Source: Deltaproteobacteria bacterium
GTDB taxonomy: Bacteria; Desulfobacterota; Deferrimicrobia; J040
Reading direction: 5' to 3'
DNA length: 64,000 nt
NCBI GenBank assembly: GCA_011773515.1
Contig: WVXK01000062.1
Location: forward strand, 68,751-132,750
This document shows positions 19,418 through 28,836 of the stretch, in pieces (the stretch's first letter is position 1; every line of letters starts with the position of its first letter). The notes under the pieces were generated by a model. That model was given only the letters and a program-made list of their open reading frames with translations. It did no database searches and was not told where the DNA came from. The translations under genes and the position numbers were made by a program.

Positions 19418-20409
19418 GGGCCAACAGCGTGCCATTACTTTCAGATCACACTGGCAGGACGGTCAACTACCTGAGAATCTCTGTCACCGACAGGTGCAAC
19501 CTCAGATGCACCTACTGTATGCCACCCGCCGTCGTGTCAGCGAGAAAGGATAAGCGACTCCTTCGCTACGAAGAGATGACCAGGCTCATCGAGATGCTCC
19601 TCCCCCTCGGGATCAGCAAGATACGGATAACGGGCGGGGAGCCACTCGTCCGCAAAGACCTGCCCCTCTTTATCGAAATGATCAAAAAGTCGGCTCCCCA
19701 CGCTGAACTCTGCATGACGACAAACGGTATTCTCGTAACCAGGTACCTGGAAGACCTGAGGAAGGCGGGCATAGACCGATTCAACGTGAGCCTGGACACG
19801 CTGAAGGCAGACAGGTTCAGGAAGATCACCGGTTACGACCTGCTCGATCAGGTGCTCGAGGGAATAAACGGGATAATAGCGAAAGAACTATTTCCGTTAA
19901 AGTTAAACGTCCTTCTCATCCCGGGAGTGAACAGCGATGAGATAGAAAGCTTCATCGAGTTTGCCAGAACCCACCCCGTGGAAGTGCGATTCATAGAAAA
20001 GATGCCGATAGGAAGCCTCAGGGACACAGGTTTTGTTCCCGTGTCGAAGGTTGAGGCGGCTCTCTGGAATAAGTATGGTGAAGTGAGGGGAAGAAGGGCC
20101 AGAGGTGAAACTTCCCTTCAGTACGACCTAAAGGGGTTCGCAGGGAAAATAGGGCTGATTGCTCCCCTCTCCAGAACCTTTTGTTCCGACTGCAACAGGT
20201 TGAGGATTACCGCCGGCGGAGAAATTCTCAACTGTCTCCTCAATAGGACGGCATATGATGTGGGGTCGGCCCTTGAAAACGGCAGCGGAGACTCCGAGAT
20301 CATGGATGTAATAAAGAGGGCTCTGTCAGAAAAACCCGCACGGTACGACCAGGGGTATCTGTTCAGAAGCGGCCAGATGAAAAGGTGCATGACCAGCATC
20401 GGGGGGTGA
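19414..20409 (+). CDS. moaA: GTP 3',8-cyclase MoaA (radical SAM)
   Basis: 331 aa; YLRISVTDRCNLRCTYCMP radical-SAM cluster motif; C-terminal MoaA-specific domain; overlaps PBP1A stop by 4 nt. Confidence 0.92.
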   Translation: MRANSVPLLSDHTGRTVNYLRISVTDRCNLRCTYCMPPAVVSARKDKRLLRYEEMTRLIEMLLPLGISKIRITGGEPLVRKDLPLFIEMIKKSAPHAELCMTTNGILVTRYLEDLRKAGIDRFNVSLDTLKADRFRKITGYDLLDQVLEGINGIIAKELFPLKLNVLLIPGVNSDEIESFIEFARTHPVEVRFIEKMPIGSLRDTGFVPVSKVEAALWNKYGEVRGRRARGETSLQYDLKGFAGKIGLIAPLSRTFCSDCNRLRITAGGEILNCLLNRTAYDVGSALENGSGDSEIMDVIKRALSEKPARYDQGYLFRSGQMKRCMTSIGG

Positions 20410-20463
20410 TTGAAAGGTAAACCCTTGGCTGTATTCGGGGAACTGTCAGGTCAGCAGCGCTTC

Positions 20464-21912
20464 CTATCCCTTCACAACGAGAAGTGGCTTGAGTTTCGCC
20501 ACCTTTTCCGCAATGCCGAGCCTGTGCACGACCTCAACCACCTCCGACACATCCTTGTATGCTTCGGATACTTCCTCCAAGAGGGTTGCCCTCCCGGCCG
20601 CAAAAACCCTTATACCCCTCTTCAGGAGTTCACCCTTGATATCTCTTTTCCGGAACTGTCTCTTGGCGCTGGCCCTGGACATCGTTCTTCCCGCACCGTG
20701 GCAGGTGCTTCCGAAAGAAAGAGTCAGAGCATTCTCGGATCCCACGAGCACATATGAGCTTCGCCCCATATCTCCCGGTATGAGTACCGGCTGCCCCACG
20801 TCCCTGTATACCGGGGGAAGCTCGGGCCTTCCTGCAGGCAGTGAGCGGGTTGATCCTTTCCTGTGGACGAGGAGTTTCTTCTGTTTCCCTCCCACGTCGT
20901 GATTTTCTATCTTCACTATGTTGTGACCGCAGTCATACACGAGGTCCATCCCGAGTCCGGCAGGTCCCGTCTGGAGTACCTGCTGAAACGTCTCCCTCGT
21001 GAAGTGGCTGAGGACCTGCCTGTTGGCCCATGCATAATTTGCTGCACATGCGAGTCCCTTTAAATACCTTTTCCCCTCAGGTGATTGTATGTGCGCGCAG
21101 GCAAGCTGCCTGTCCGGAAGGTCGAGACCCTTTTCCCTCATGTATCTGACCATCTCGCCCAGGAAATCATCACACACCTGGTAACCGAAGCCTCGGGAGC
21201 CTGAGTGAACCTGGACGACAACCTGCCCCCCCCTCAAGCCGAAAGCATCGGCGGCTTCGGGGTTATATATCTCCTCAACCAGATCAATCTCGAGAAAATG
21301 GTTGCCCGAGCCGAGAGTTCCCAGCTGGTCTCTCCCTCTTTTCAGGGCTTTTTCGGAAACAACGTCGGGGTCGGCGCCGTGAAAAGTCCCCCCATCTTCC
21401 GTCCTTTCCAGGTCTTCCTCGGAACCGAACCCCTGCTTGACCACCCAGCGCGCACCCTGGCTGAGAACGTCTCTCTGCTCCGCCCTGCCGAGCCTTATCT
21501 TCCCCGTCGAGCCGACACCGGATGGTATGTTCGTAAAAAGCGCCGCTCCGAGCCTGTCCAGCTGTTGTTCAATGTCCTCGAGTTCGAGGTCGCTTCTCAA
21601 CAGCCTGCATCCGCAGTTGATGTCATATCCCACGCCCCCGGGGCTTATGACCCCCCTGTCCATGTCCATTGCCGCAACCCCACCGATGGGGAAACCGTAT
21701 CCGCGATGGATGTCGGGCATGGCAATGCTGTATTTTTCGATACCCGGAAGGTGCGCCACGTTCACAACCTGCCGGAGGCTATCATCCTTCACGATGTCCT
21801 GGAGCATTTCCCTGGAGGAAAACACAACACCGGGAACCTTCATTTTGCCGGCCTTTGGAATTTCCCACATGTAATCGTTTACTTTTACCAGCTCAATGCC
21901 TTCGAACTTCAT
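20464..21912 (-). CDS. rtcB: RNA-splicing ligase RtcB
   Basis: 482 aa; full-length RtcB with conserved metal/GTP-binding His/Cys residues. Confidence 0.95.
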   Translation of the reverse strand: MKFEGIELVKVNDYMWEIPKAGKMKVPGVVFSSREMLQDIVKDDSLRQVVNVAHLPGIEKYSIAMPDIHRGYGFPIGGVAAMDMDRGVISPGGVGYDINCGCRLLRSDLELEDIEQQLDRLGAALFTNIPSGVGSTGKIRLGRAEQRDVLSQGARWVVKQGFGSEEDLERTEDGGTFHGADPDVVSEKALKRGRDQLGTLGSGNHFLEIDLVEEIYNPEAADAFGLRGGQVVVQVHSGSRGFGYQVCDDFLGEMVRYMREKGLDLPDRQLACAHIQSPEGKRYLKGLACAANYAWANRQVLSHFTRETFQQVLQTGPAGLGMDLVYDCGHNIVKIENHDVGGKQKKLLVHRKGSTRSLPAGRPELPPVYRDVGQPVLIPGDMGRSSYVLVGSENALTLSFGSTCHGAGRTMSRASAKRQFRKRDIKGELLKRGIRVFAAGRATLLEEVSEAYKDVSEVVEVVHRLGIAEKVAKLKPLLVVKG

Positions 21913-21920
21913 GACTCCCC

Positions 21921-22340
21921 CTACACGTCGAGGATGAAGGTTGCCATGTACCCCTCAGCGCTTTTTTCGACCCTCAGGTCATGATAGGTTACCGCTTTAA
22001 TCTCAGTTTTGAGGACATGCCTGCCCTCGTGAAAAGGCTCTCCCCAGGCTTCCGGGCGGTATATACATTCGCCTCTCTCCAGCTTACCGTTTATGGATCT
22101 GATCAGGAAGCCCTCGCCGTAAAACTGAAAATGCACCCACCGCAGAAAGTTAAAGAAGAGATCCTCGATACCCGCGCCTTCTACGAAGGCCTCTTTTTTA
22201 CCGGCTTTCCTGACCCGCCTTCTGTCAACGATGATGCTCACCAGTGACTCCCCTGCCCGGGCAAACAGCTCCTCCAGCGACGCGGCCTCGATGAGAATCT
22301 TGAGGTCCGCCGTGTGGGGAAGGACCTTGTAGCCAGCCAT
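21921..22340 (-). CDS. archease (RtcB activator)
   Basis: 139 aa; MAGYKVLPHTADLKILIEAASLEELFARAGE... matches archease family; 8-nt gap to rtcB. Confidence 0.85.
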   Translation of the reverse strand: MAGYKVLPHTADLKILIEAASLEELFARAGESLVSIIVDRRRVRKAGKKEAFVEGAGIEDLFFNFLRWVHFQFYGEGFLIRSINGKLERGECIYRPEAWGEPFHEGRHVLKTEIKAVTYHDLRVEKSAEGYMATFILDV

Positions 22341-23080
22341 CAGTATCCAGCCTCGAGCCTCTCTGCCAGGAAGGGGGGCAAACCGGCGGTCATTATCTTT
22401 TCCTGGCAGGTTTTTATATCGTAGGGAGCCCTGACCCAGGTCACCACCATTTTATCCCGATCGAACATGACGTATGACGCCCTTACATCGCCGTCCCTTG
22501 GCTGTCCCGTCGAGCCGGGATTTACCAGGTAGCTCGAGTCCTCCTCCAGGGTGATGGATCCCTCTCCCCGATAGGAAGAAAATTTTCCGTCGGGGCCTAT
22601 CTTGTATGCCAGGGGAAAATGGGTGTGGCCAAAAAAACACACCTTCCTCTTGAGATTGCGTACCATGTACAATAACTCACTTTTAGCTGCCTCTTCGGAA
22701 AGGATATACCTGTCGGGATCCGAAGGGGCTCCGTGGACGATGAGTACGGTATCGTCAAAAACAACGGCGCTCCTCAACCTCTTGAGAAACTCCATGTTGG
22801 AGCGTTTCAGTACTTTCCTCGACCACATCACCGCCTCTTTCGCCACCCTGTTGAAGTGGGAGGGCTCGGTGTTACCGACAACGGCGCTGTCGTGGTTTCC
22901 CATGATCGCTATGCTGCACCTGTCTTTTACGATTTCACAGCACTGGTCGGGGTCGGCATTGTAACCGACAACATCGCCCAGACACCAGAGCTGCTCAGCG
23001 CCTCTTTTCTTCGCGTCCTCAACCACAGCCGTGAGGGCTTCAAGGTTGGAATGAACGTCCGATATGACGGCAACCTTCAT
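22340..23080 (-). CDS. calcineurin-like metallophosphoesterase (ApaH/PrpA-like)
   Basis: Track ORF to 23167; probable start MKVAVISDVHSN at 23080. Motifs DVHSN, GDVVGYNADP, GNHD, GHTH. 1-nt overlap with archease start. Confidence 0.85.
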   Translation of the reverse strand: MKVAVISDVHSNLEALTAVVEDAKKRGAEQLWCLGDVVGYNADPDQCCEIVKDRCSIAIMGNHDSAVVGNTEPSHFNRVAKEAVMWSRKVLKRSNMEFLKRLRSAVVFDDTVLIVHGAPSDPDRYILSEEAAKSELLYMVRNLKRKVCFFGHTHFPLAYKIGPDGKFSSYRGEGSITLEEDSSYLVNPGSTGQPRDGDVRASYVMFDRDKMVVTWVRAPYDIKTCQEKIMTAGLPPFLAERLEAGY

Positions 23081-23081
23081 T

Positions 23082-24347
23082 TCAGGAGACCCTGCCAGCC
23101 GGAACCACCCTTTCGCCTCCTCCGAAATCTCCGGCGATGTCCATGAATATCTCGAGGTCATACTCAATATCCCGGTGGGTTTCGTCGAAATAGAAAATCT
23201 TTATCGGCATCCCCCCAAGGTCCCCTGAGAGCTTGTAATAGATCGACTCAGATACGATTCCGTTCATACACGAGAAGGGACTTATGTCGATAACGCCCTT
23301 TGCCCCTTTTCGGTGATAGTAAACCGCTTTCCCGACGCTGAGAATCATCTCTCCCAGAGCCCCCCCCTGGGAGAGGTAGGGACTTGCGAGCCTGAGTATA
23401 TCCATCACGTCTCCGGGCTCCTCCCTTCCGATGAAAGTCTCTTTGAAGGGAGAGTAGAGCGCATGCTCTGTCTTTTTCTGGTAGTAATACTTCAGTTTGG
23501 CCGCAGCCATGTCCTTTGAAAAACCTTTTCCCAGCCTCTTTAAGCCCCTTTCGTTCTCCCTGTCCGTGTACCATATCCACTCGGCCACGTCGCTCTGCCA
23601 TGCCTCCCCTCCCAGCGCTTCGACTTTCCTGATGACATCCATGTTGCTGTACCTGTTCAGCCTGCAGAAAATCTCGCCGACTACACCGATGAGAGGTCTT
23701 TTTTCCCGCTTCACGGGCATGCGGTCGAAATCGTCCCTTATTTTCACAAAAGCCATCTTGAGATAACTGATGCACTTATCTGGCCGCTTCCCGTGGGCTC
23801 TTATGGTCTCGCATATTGCATCGAGAGCTATTTCGAAGAGCCTATCCGCCTCGCCCTCGTTGACCTCGTATGGCCTGTACATCAGCAGCAGTTTCCTCAA
23901 TATGTCGGCAGCCACGATCCCAAGCCAGGCAGGCTTCATGATCCTGCCGACGTATTTTTCAAAGCTTCCGTATCCGTCCTCGCAACTGGGGGAGATAATT
24001 TCCACGTCCCCGAGGCCGCTTTCGGCGAGTATTTTCTGCATGAATGGGGCATACTGCCCGAACCTGCAGGGGCCGTTCGATGTGGGGAACAAAATGGCCG
24101 TCTCCTCGGGTTTGTGCCCATCGACGAGAAAGAGTTTCAATATGTCTCCCGCCGTGATCTTCAGGGGATAACACTCCTCGCCGGAAGCATGCATCGCTCC
24201 CAGTTCCTGGGTCTTCTCATCGGAGGGCCCGATGACCCTGCCGTCCAGGTTAAGAGACTGCAGAACCGCCGCCATGGCCCTCGCTCCAGTGTAGGTCATG
24301 GGATGGATGAAAATTTTTCGATTCTCAAGCCCTCTTTGCTTCACCAT
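23082..24347 (-). CDS. DUF2229 / COG3581-like protein, partner of CoA-substrate-specific enzyme activase proteins
   Basis: 421 aa; resembles the uncharacterized partner family usually encoded next to BadF/HgdC-HgdB fusion proteins; alternative start at 24299 (MTYTGARAM). Confidence 0.6.
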   Translation of the reverse strand: MVKQRGLENRKIFIHPMTYTGARAMAAVLQSLNLDGRVIGPSDEKTQELGAMHASGEECYPLKITAGDILKLFLVDGHKPEETAILFPTSNGPCRFGQYAPFMQKILAESGLGDVEIISPSCEDGYGSFEKYVGRIMKPAWLGIVAADILRKLLLMYRPYEVNEGEADRLFEIALDAICETIRAHGKRPDKCISYLKMAFVKIRDDFDRMPVKREKRPLIGVVGEIFCRLNRYSNMDVIRKVEALGGEAWQSDVAEWIWYTDRENERGLKRLGKGFSKDMAAAKLKYYYQKKTEHALYSPFKETFIGREEPGDVMDILRLASPYLSQGGALGEMILSVGKAVYYHRKGAKGVIDISPFSCMNGIVSESIYYKLSGDLGGMPIKIFYFDETHRDIEYDLEIFMDIAGDFGGGERVVPAGRVS

Positions 24348-27300
24348 CTCTCCACCACCTCATCACACCTCTGCTATCCAGGTGTGCCTCTATTCGGGTC
24401 ATGTACCCGGCGTCGTTGCCGTGCCCGTCAAACTGAAGTATCAGGAAGGGCCTGCCTGAAGCCTGCTCAATGTAATGGCGGATAAAAGAGTCGGGACCGC
24501 AATTGAAGTTGGTTATGAAGATGACGCTCATGTTTTCCCTGTCCTTTGCCCACCTGGCGGCCTTGATCAGCTTGCCCCCGAGGTTCCAGAACATATTCCA
24601 GTTCAGATCGTGGATGTCGATATCATCAAGGTGCGGGATAAACTCATAGGGGACGACATCCAGCCCGTAGTGCTCCCTGATTTTTGAGGGAATATTGAGG
24701 TTCATCTCCCTGTCGTAGATATTGTAGGGCCTTCCCAGCAGCAATATGGCCTTGCCCCCATTTGCATCGATCTCTCTCAGCGCCCTTTCTCCTGCCCCCC
24801 TGATCTTTTCCAGGAACTCGTCATAACTCTCGTACCCTGATTGTATGGCGTCCCGTATGGCCGACTTTTTCCAGCCGAATTTTCTGAAAGAACTGTACAG
24901 GTCATTCGTCACGAACTTTTCCCCGTCCCGGAAATATATCGTTGGGGATAGAACCTTTGAATTCATGTATTTAGCAAGCTCGGGGTTCGCTGAAACCACA
25001 AAGGGCAGGGTTTGTCCCCACGGGCAGTAATGGGTTTCCGTCGTTTTCTTTCTGTACTCGGCGTTTATTACGTTTGGAAGGAAATAGAAATCCGCGTCTT
25101 CCATCTCCTTCATCATGAAAGATACATGACCCAGGGCGGCTTTGACGGGAAAACAGGGCTCTGAGAGAGAGACATCGAAGCCCTTTTCTGCGATCCTTCT
25201 CGAGGTGTTTGGCGTCGCCCTGAGAGAAACATCGAGGTGTTTGAAAAAACCATGCCAGAAGGGAAATCTCTCGTAAAAGTAGAGGGACCGCGGAACAGCA
25301 GCCAGATATTTCCCTCTCTCACCACCCTCGTCGAGGTAACCGTTCAAGAGGGAAACCTTGTACGCCAGGAGGTCTTCCGATTTCGGCCTGACCGGTACCT
25401 TAGGCGGCTTTCTGAAGCGCTCCGAGCACTTATCTCCCCAGTAGGTCTTTTCCCCTTCGATGGTAATCTCCTTTACCTCGCATTCGTTTGAGCACCCCTT
25501 ACAGAGGAACTCTCTTCGGTCGAGCCTCAATCCATCCAGGTCAAATCCTCTGAACTTGGTAACCTCGCCCACCCTCTCGAACTTCTCCTTTGCCACGAGT
25601 GCGGCTCCAATCGCCCCCATGACCCCGTTATGGGGAGGGACTATTACCTGTTTCCCCAGTATTATGGAAAAAGCGGCGGCAACAGAGTCGTTGTAGGCCG
25701 TCCCTCCCTGGAAAAATATCCTCTCTCCCAGGGGCCTTCCTCTCACGACTCTGTTCAGGTAATTGATGACGACCGCGTATGCGAGCCCTGCAACGATGTC
25801 TTCCTTCACCGCCCCCTTCTTCATGAAGCTGCTCACGTCCTGCTCCATGAATACCGTGCACCGCTCTCCGAGCCGAAGGGGATTTTTAGAGGAGAAGGCG
25901 AGCGCGGCAAATTCGTCCTTAATTTTCACCCCTATTTTTGTCGCCTGCTCCTCGAGGAACGAGCCCGTTCCCGCAGCACAGGCATCGTTCATGGCAAAAT
26001 CGACGACGACACCGTCCCTTATGGATATGAATTTCGAATCCTGGCCGCCGATCTCGAAAATAGTATCCACCCTGCTTCCGAAGGACTGCATGGAAACAAA
26101 TGATGCGCCCGTCTTGTGGGCGGTGATCTCATCGATGATCACATCGGCCCCCACGAGTTCGCCGATCAACTCCCTTCCCGAACCGGTAGTCGCAATCCCC
26201 CGAACGTGAACCTTCCCCTGCAGTTTGCCGCCCAATTCCCTCATGTTTTTCGAAACCACGTAAACGGGTCTTCCATCGGTGCCGACATACACCTCCTCGA
26301 TAACTTTCCCATCGTTGTCCACCACGGCAAAGTTCGTGCTCACCGATCCCACGTCTATGCCGATGAAGACATCCCTTCCCGGGATGGCAGCCATTTCATG
26401 AGCAGCCCTGTTCTCGTTATTTCTCAGAAAGACGACATTGTCCCGGACCAGAGGGGGCTGGGATTGCGTGCTCCTTTGCTGCGCTGCCACTTTTATTCCT
26501 TTCTCTCTGAGAACCGGCTCTTCCGCCTCCTTGCATTTTCCCGACACGAGCATCGCAACGCCCGCAGCAGAGTAGTGGCGGTAGTGGGGGGGACGGATAA
26601 TATCCCCTTCCCTCAACTGGAACGTTTCTACCAGGGCGTCAAATACGCCTCTGTTTCCCGCCACACCGCCGAGAAAGAGCACCGGAGGGACCAGCTTTCT
26701 TCCCCGGAACACGTTGCTCTTGAAGTTCCTCGCGACGGCGATCATGAGCCCTTTCAATATCTGCTCGGGAGTGGCTCCCTTTTGCTGGGCGTGAACCATG
26801 TCCGTCTTCGCAAATACCGAACATCTTCCCGCTATCCGGGCCGCATGCTTCACGTCTCTTACATTTTCCCCGATAGTTTCCACTTCGACTTTCATCCTCG
26901 ACGCCTGCTGATCTATGAAAGATCCCGTTCCCGCTGCACATTCTCCATTCGTTCCGTACTCGTCTATGATGAGCTGTCCTTCCTTTTCCCTCTTGAGGCT
27001 TATGAACTTAGAGGTCTCGGCACCAATTTCAAAAACGGCATTGGCTTCAGGGAAGCATTCCGAAACTGCGCTCGCTATCGAACCAAATTCGTTTTCATAG
27101 TAGCCTCCGAAATGATTCGCAACAGTTTTTCCCAATCTCCCCGTCGAACAGAGGATCACCTGACAGCCGATTTTATCCAGCATATCGAGGCAGGTTCGCA
27201 AATGGTCCTCGACGGTCTTCAGAGGCTCGCCGAAAAACCTGACGCATTCCAGGAAGTAAACCCTTCCCCGGGAAACATCAAGATATCCCGTGTGGGGAGG

Positions 27301-27393
27301 TATTGAACCGGGTGGAAAATGAGTATCTGCAGGGATGAGCAGTGACGATTTGAGATAGGACGTCCCCGCATCTATCCCCAGGTATGCCCGCAT
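24325..27393 (-). CDS. CoA-substrate-specific enzyme activase fusion: two BadF/BadG/BcrA/BcrD (HgdC-like) ATPase domains + 2-hydroxyglutaryl-CoA dehydratase D-component (HgdB-like) domain
   Basis: 1022 aa; two ASKHA activase modules (IDAGTSYLK...; IGIDVGSVSTNFAVVD...FEIGGQDSKFI) followed by an HgdB-like C-terminal region with a Cys motif (CKGCSNECEV). Confidence 0.85.
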   Translation of the reverse strand: MRAYLGIDAGTSYLKSSLLIPADTHFPPGSIPPHTGYLDVSRGRVYFLECVRFFGEPLKTVEDHLRTCLDMLDKIGCQVILCSTGRLGKTVANHFGGYYENEFGSIASAVSECFPEANAVFEIGAETSKFISLKREKEGQLIIDEYGTNGECAAGTGSFIDQQASRMKVEVETIGENVRDVKHAARIAGRCSVFAKTDMVHAQQKGATPEQILKGLMIAVARNFKSNVFRGRKLVPPVLFLGGVAGNRGVFDALVETFQLREGDIIRPPHYRHYSAAGVAMLVSGKCKEAEEPVLREKGIKVAAQQRSTQSQPPLVRDNVVFLRNNENRAAHEMAAIPGRDVFIGIDVGSVSTNFAVVDNDGKVIEEVYVGTDGRPVYVVSKNMRELGGKLQGKVHVRGIATTGSGRELIGELVGADVIIDEITAHKTGASFVSMQSFGSRVDTIFEIGGQDSKFISIRDGVVVDFAMNDACAAGTGSFLEEQATKIGVKIKDEFAALAFSSKNPLRLGERCTVFMEQDVSSFMKKGAVKEDIVAGLAYAVVINYLNRVVRGRPLGERIFFQGGTAYNDSVAAAFSIILGKQVIVPPHNGVMGAIGAALVAKEKFERVGEVTKFRGFDLDGLRLDRREFLCKGCSNECEVKEITIEGEKTYWGDKCSERFRKPPKVPVRPKSEDLLAYKVSLLNGYLDEGGERGKYLAAVPRSLYFYERFPFWHGFFKHLDVSLRATPNTSRRIAEKGFDVSLSEPCFPVKAALGHVSFMMKEMEDADFYFLPNVINAEYRKKTTETHYCPWGQTLPFVVSANPELAKYMNSKVLSPTIYFRDGEKFVTNDLYSSFRKFGWKKSAIRDAIQSGYESYDEFLEKIRGAGERALREIDANGGKAILLLGRPYNIYDREMNLNIPSKIREHYGLDVVPYEFIPHLDDIDIHDLNWNMFWNLGGKLIKAARWAKDRENMSVIFITNFNCGPDSFIRHYIEQASGRPFLILQFDGHGNDAGYMTRIEAHLDSRGVMRWWRDGEAKRA

Positions 27394-27480
27394 CTTACCC
27401 TCCTCCTGTGTATACCAGTTAAATATAGTATTTTACCCCACTCAAGGCAGAGTTTGCATCTCAAGAGAAAAAAAAATCAT

Positions 27481-27499
27481 CGGGAAAAAGTTTTTCCCG
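27481..27499. promoter_or_regulatory. palindrome CGGGAAAAA-G-TTTTTCCCG in divergent promoter region (activase operon / tatB)
   Basis: Perfect 9-bp arms with 1-nt centre, seen directly; position suits an operator in the bidirectional promoter region. Confidence 0.3.
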
Positions 27500-27647
27500 G
27501 TACGGCCGACTCCCGCCATTTTTTTATCCCGGAAGACCGACATATCCCGCCGAGGCCCTCTCTCCATTGAATCCGGGGAAAATATATTCCCAAATACCGG
27601 CTGTTTGGATTTATAATTACAGGTGCAACTCAAATTTCGGGGGAGAG

Positions 27648-27995
27648 ATGTTTGGAATCGGATTTCAAGAAATCCTCCTGATTCTTCTTATTGCCCTCAT
27701 TTTTTTCGGGCCCAAGAAATTGCCTGACCTCGCAAGGAGCCTGGGCAAAGGGTTTGCAGAATTCAAAAAAGCAGCTGACGAAGTCAAGAAAAGCTTCGAG
27801 GATGTTGTCGAGGAGGAAGAGCTGAAATCGGAGTTGAAGGAAGAGATGGAAAAATTGAGGGAATTGGGCAACGACATTCACAGAGAAGTCAAAAAGGATG
27901 TAGGAGACCTGGAGAAAGCACTGGATCACAAGGAAGAGGATGAAGAGAAGGCCGATGGGTTAGGGAAGGAGTCCAGCTCCCCCGATGAAGGATGA
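27648..27995 (+). CDS. tatB: twin-arginine translocase subunit TatB-like (TatA/B family with long acidic C-terminus)
   Basis: Track ORF from 27567; true start [42 protein letters not shown] (TatA/B signature), 115 aa; immediately followed by tatC. Confidence 0.85.
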   Translation: MFGIGFQEILLILLIALIFFGPKKLPDLARSLGKGFAEFKKAADEVKKSFEDVVEEEELKSELKEEMEKLRELGNDIHREVKKDVGDLEKALDHKEEDEEKADGLGKESSSPDEG

Positions 27996-28725
27996 GAAAT
28001 TACCGATCACCGAACACCTTGAAGAGCTTCGGAAGAGACTGATAAAAGCCCTTGTCGCCGTTTTCGGACTGGCAATCATATCTTACATCTTTGCGGAAAA
28101 GATACTCGAAGTTTTGCTGAAACCCCTTCTGTCCTCGATACCCGAAGGTTCGACACTCGTTTTCGTCAATCTCACCGAGGCGTTTATCGCTTACATAAAA
28201 ATTTCAATTTTGAGCGGCCTTGTCATTGCCAGCCCCTATGTCTTCTACCAGCTGTGGATGTTCGTTGTCCCCGGCCTTTACAGCAGGGAGAAAAAAGCCA
28301 CAATTCAGTTTGTCTCCATGGCCGTCCTGGCACTTTTTCTGGGAATCCTGTTTTGCTACTTTATCATTCTCCCCGTTCTTTTTCCCTTCCTGCTGTCCTT
28401 TGGAAAGGAGCTCATCAAGCCGATGCCGACGATAAAGAGCTCTGTTTCCGTTGTGATAAGGCTGTTTTTGATATTCGGGGTGATCTTCGAGATCCCGGTT
28501 ACTTCATTTTACCTCGCGAAGATCGGGCTGCTGAGAAGTGAGTTCTTCAAGGGGGCAAGGAAGTTCTATTTCCTCCTCTCCTTTATAATCGCAGCGATCA
28601 TTACCCCTCCTGACATCATCTCTCAGTTGATCGTCGGGTTTCCCCTCTTCTCAATCTTCGAGGTGAGCATGCTGCTTGCAAAACTGGGCGAGAAAATGTA
28701 CCTGAAAAACCTGAAAGGATCCTAA
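27985..28725 (+). CDS. tatC: twin-arginine translocase subunit TatC
   Basis: 246 aa; six TM segments; N-terminal [25 protein letters not shown] is the TatC signature. Confidence 0.92.
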   Translation: MKDEKLPITEHLEELRKRLIKALVAVFGLAIISYIFAEKILEVLLKPLLSSIPEGSTLVFVNLTEAFIAYIKISILSGLVIASPYVFYQLWMFVVPGLYSREKKATIQFVSMAVLALFLGILFCYFIILPVLFPFLLSFGKELIKPMPTIKSSVSVVIRLFLIFGVIFEIPVTSFYLAKIGLLRSEFFKGARKFYFLLSFIIAAIITPPDIISQLIVGFPLFSIFEVSMLLAKLGEKMYLKNLKGS

Positions 28726-28774
28726 AGAAGGAAATTTCTCCCATGGAGGTGAAAAGTCGAATACATCTGTTGGC

Positions 28775-28803
28775 TTGTACGCGTGCCACAATTTTACTAT
28801 ATT
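28775..28803 (+). promoter_or_regulatory. sigma-70-like promoter for hpt (TTGTAC-N17-TATATT)
   Basis: Seen directly in the 111-bp gap between tatC and hpt. Confidence 0.5.
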
Positions 28804-28836
28804 TAGATATAGCCACCTGAAGATCGCTATATATAC

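Noticed and set aside
26116-27306. 396-aa plus-strand ORF (and 21205..21984, 43631..44827 plus; 50511..51644 and 34966..36003 minus)
   Set aside because: Each is fully nested antisense to a gene with strong homology (activase fusion, rtcB, alaS, HEAT-repeat protein, O-methyltransferase respectively); low-complexity, unrecognisable translations.
27442-27633. 63-aa minus-strand ORF in the activase/tatB divergent promoter region
   Set aside because: Cys-rich random-looking translation; overlaps the tatB promoter/leader; no RBS.
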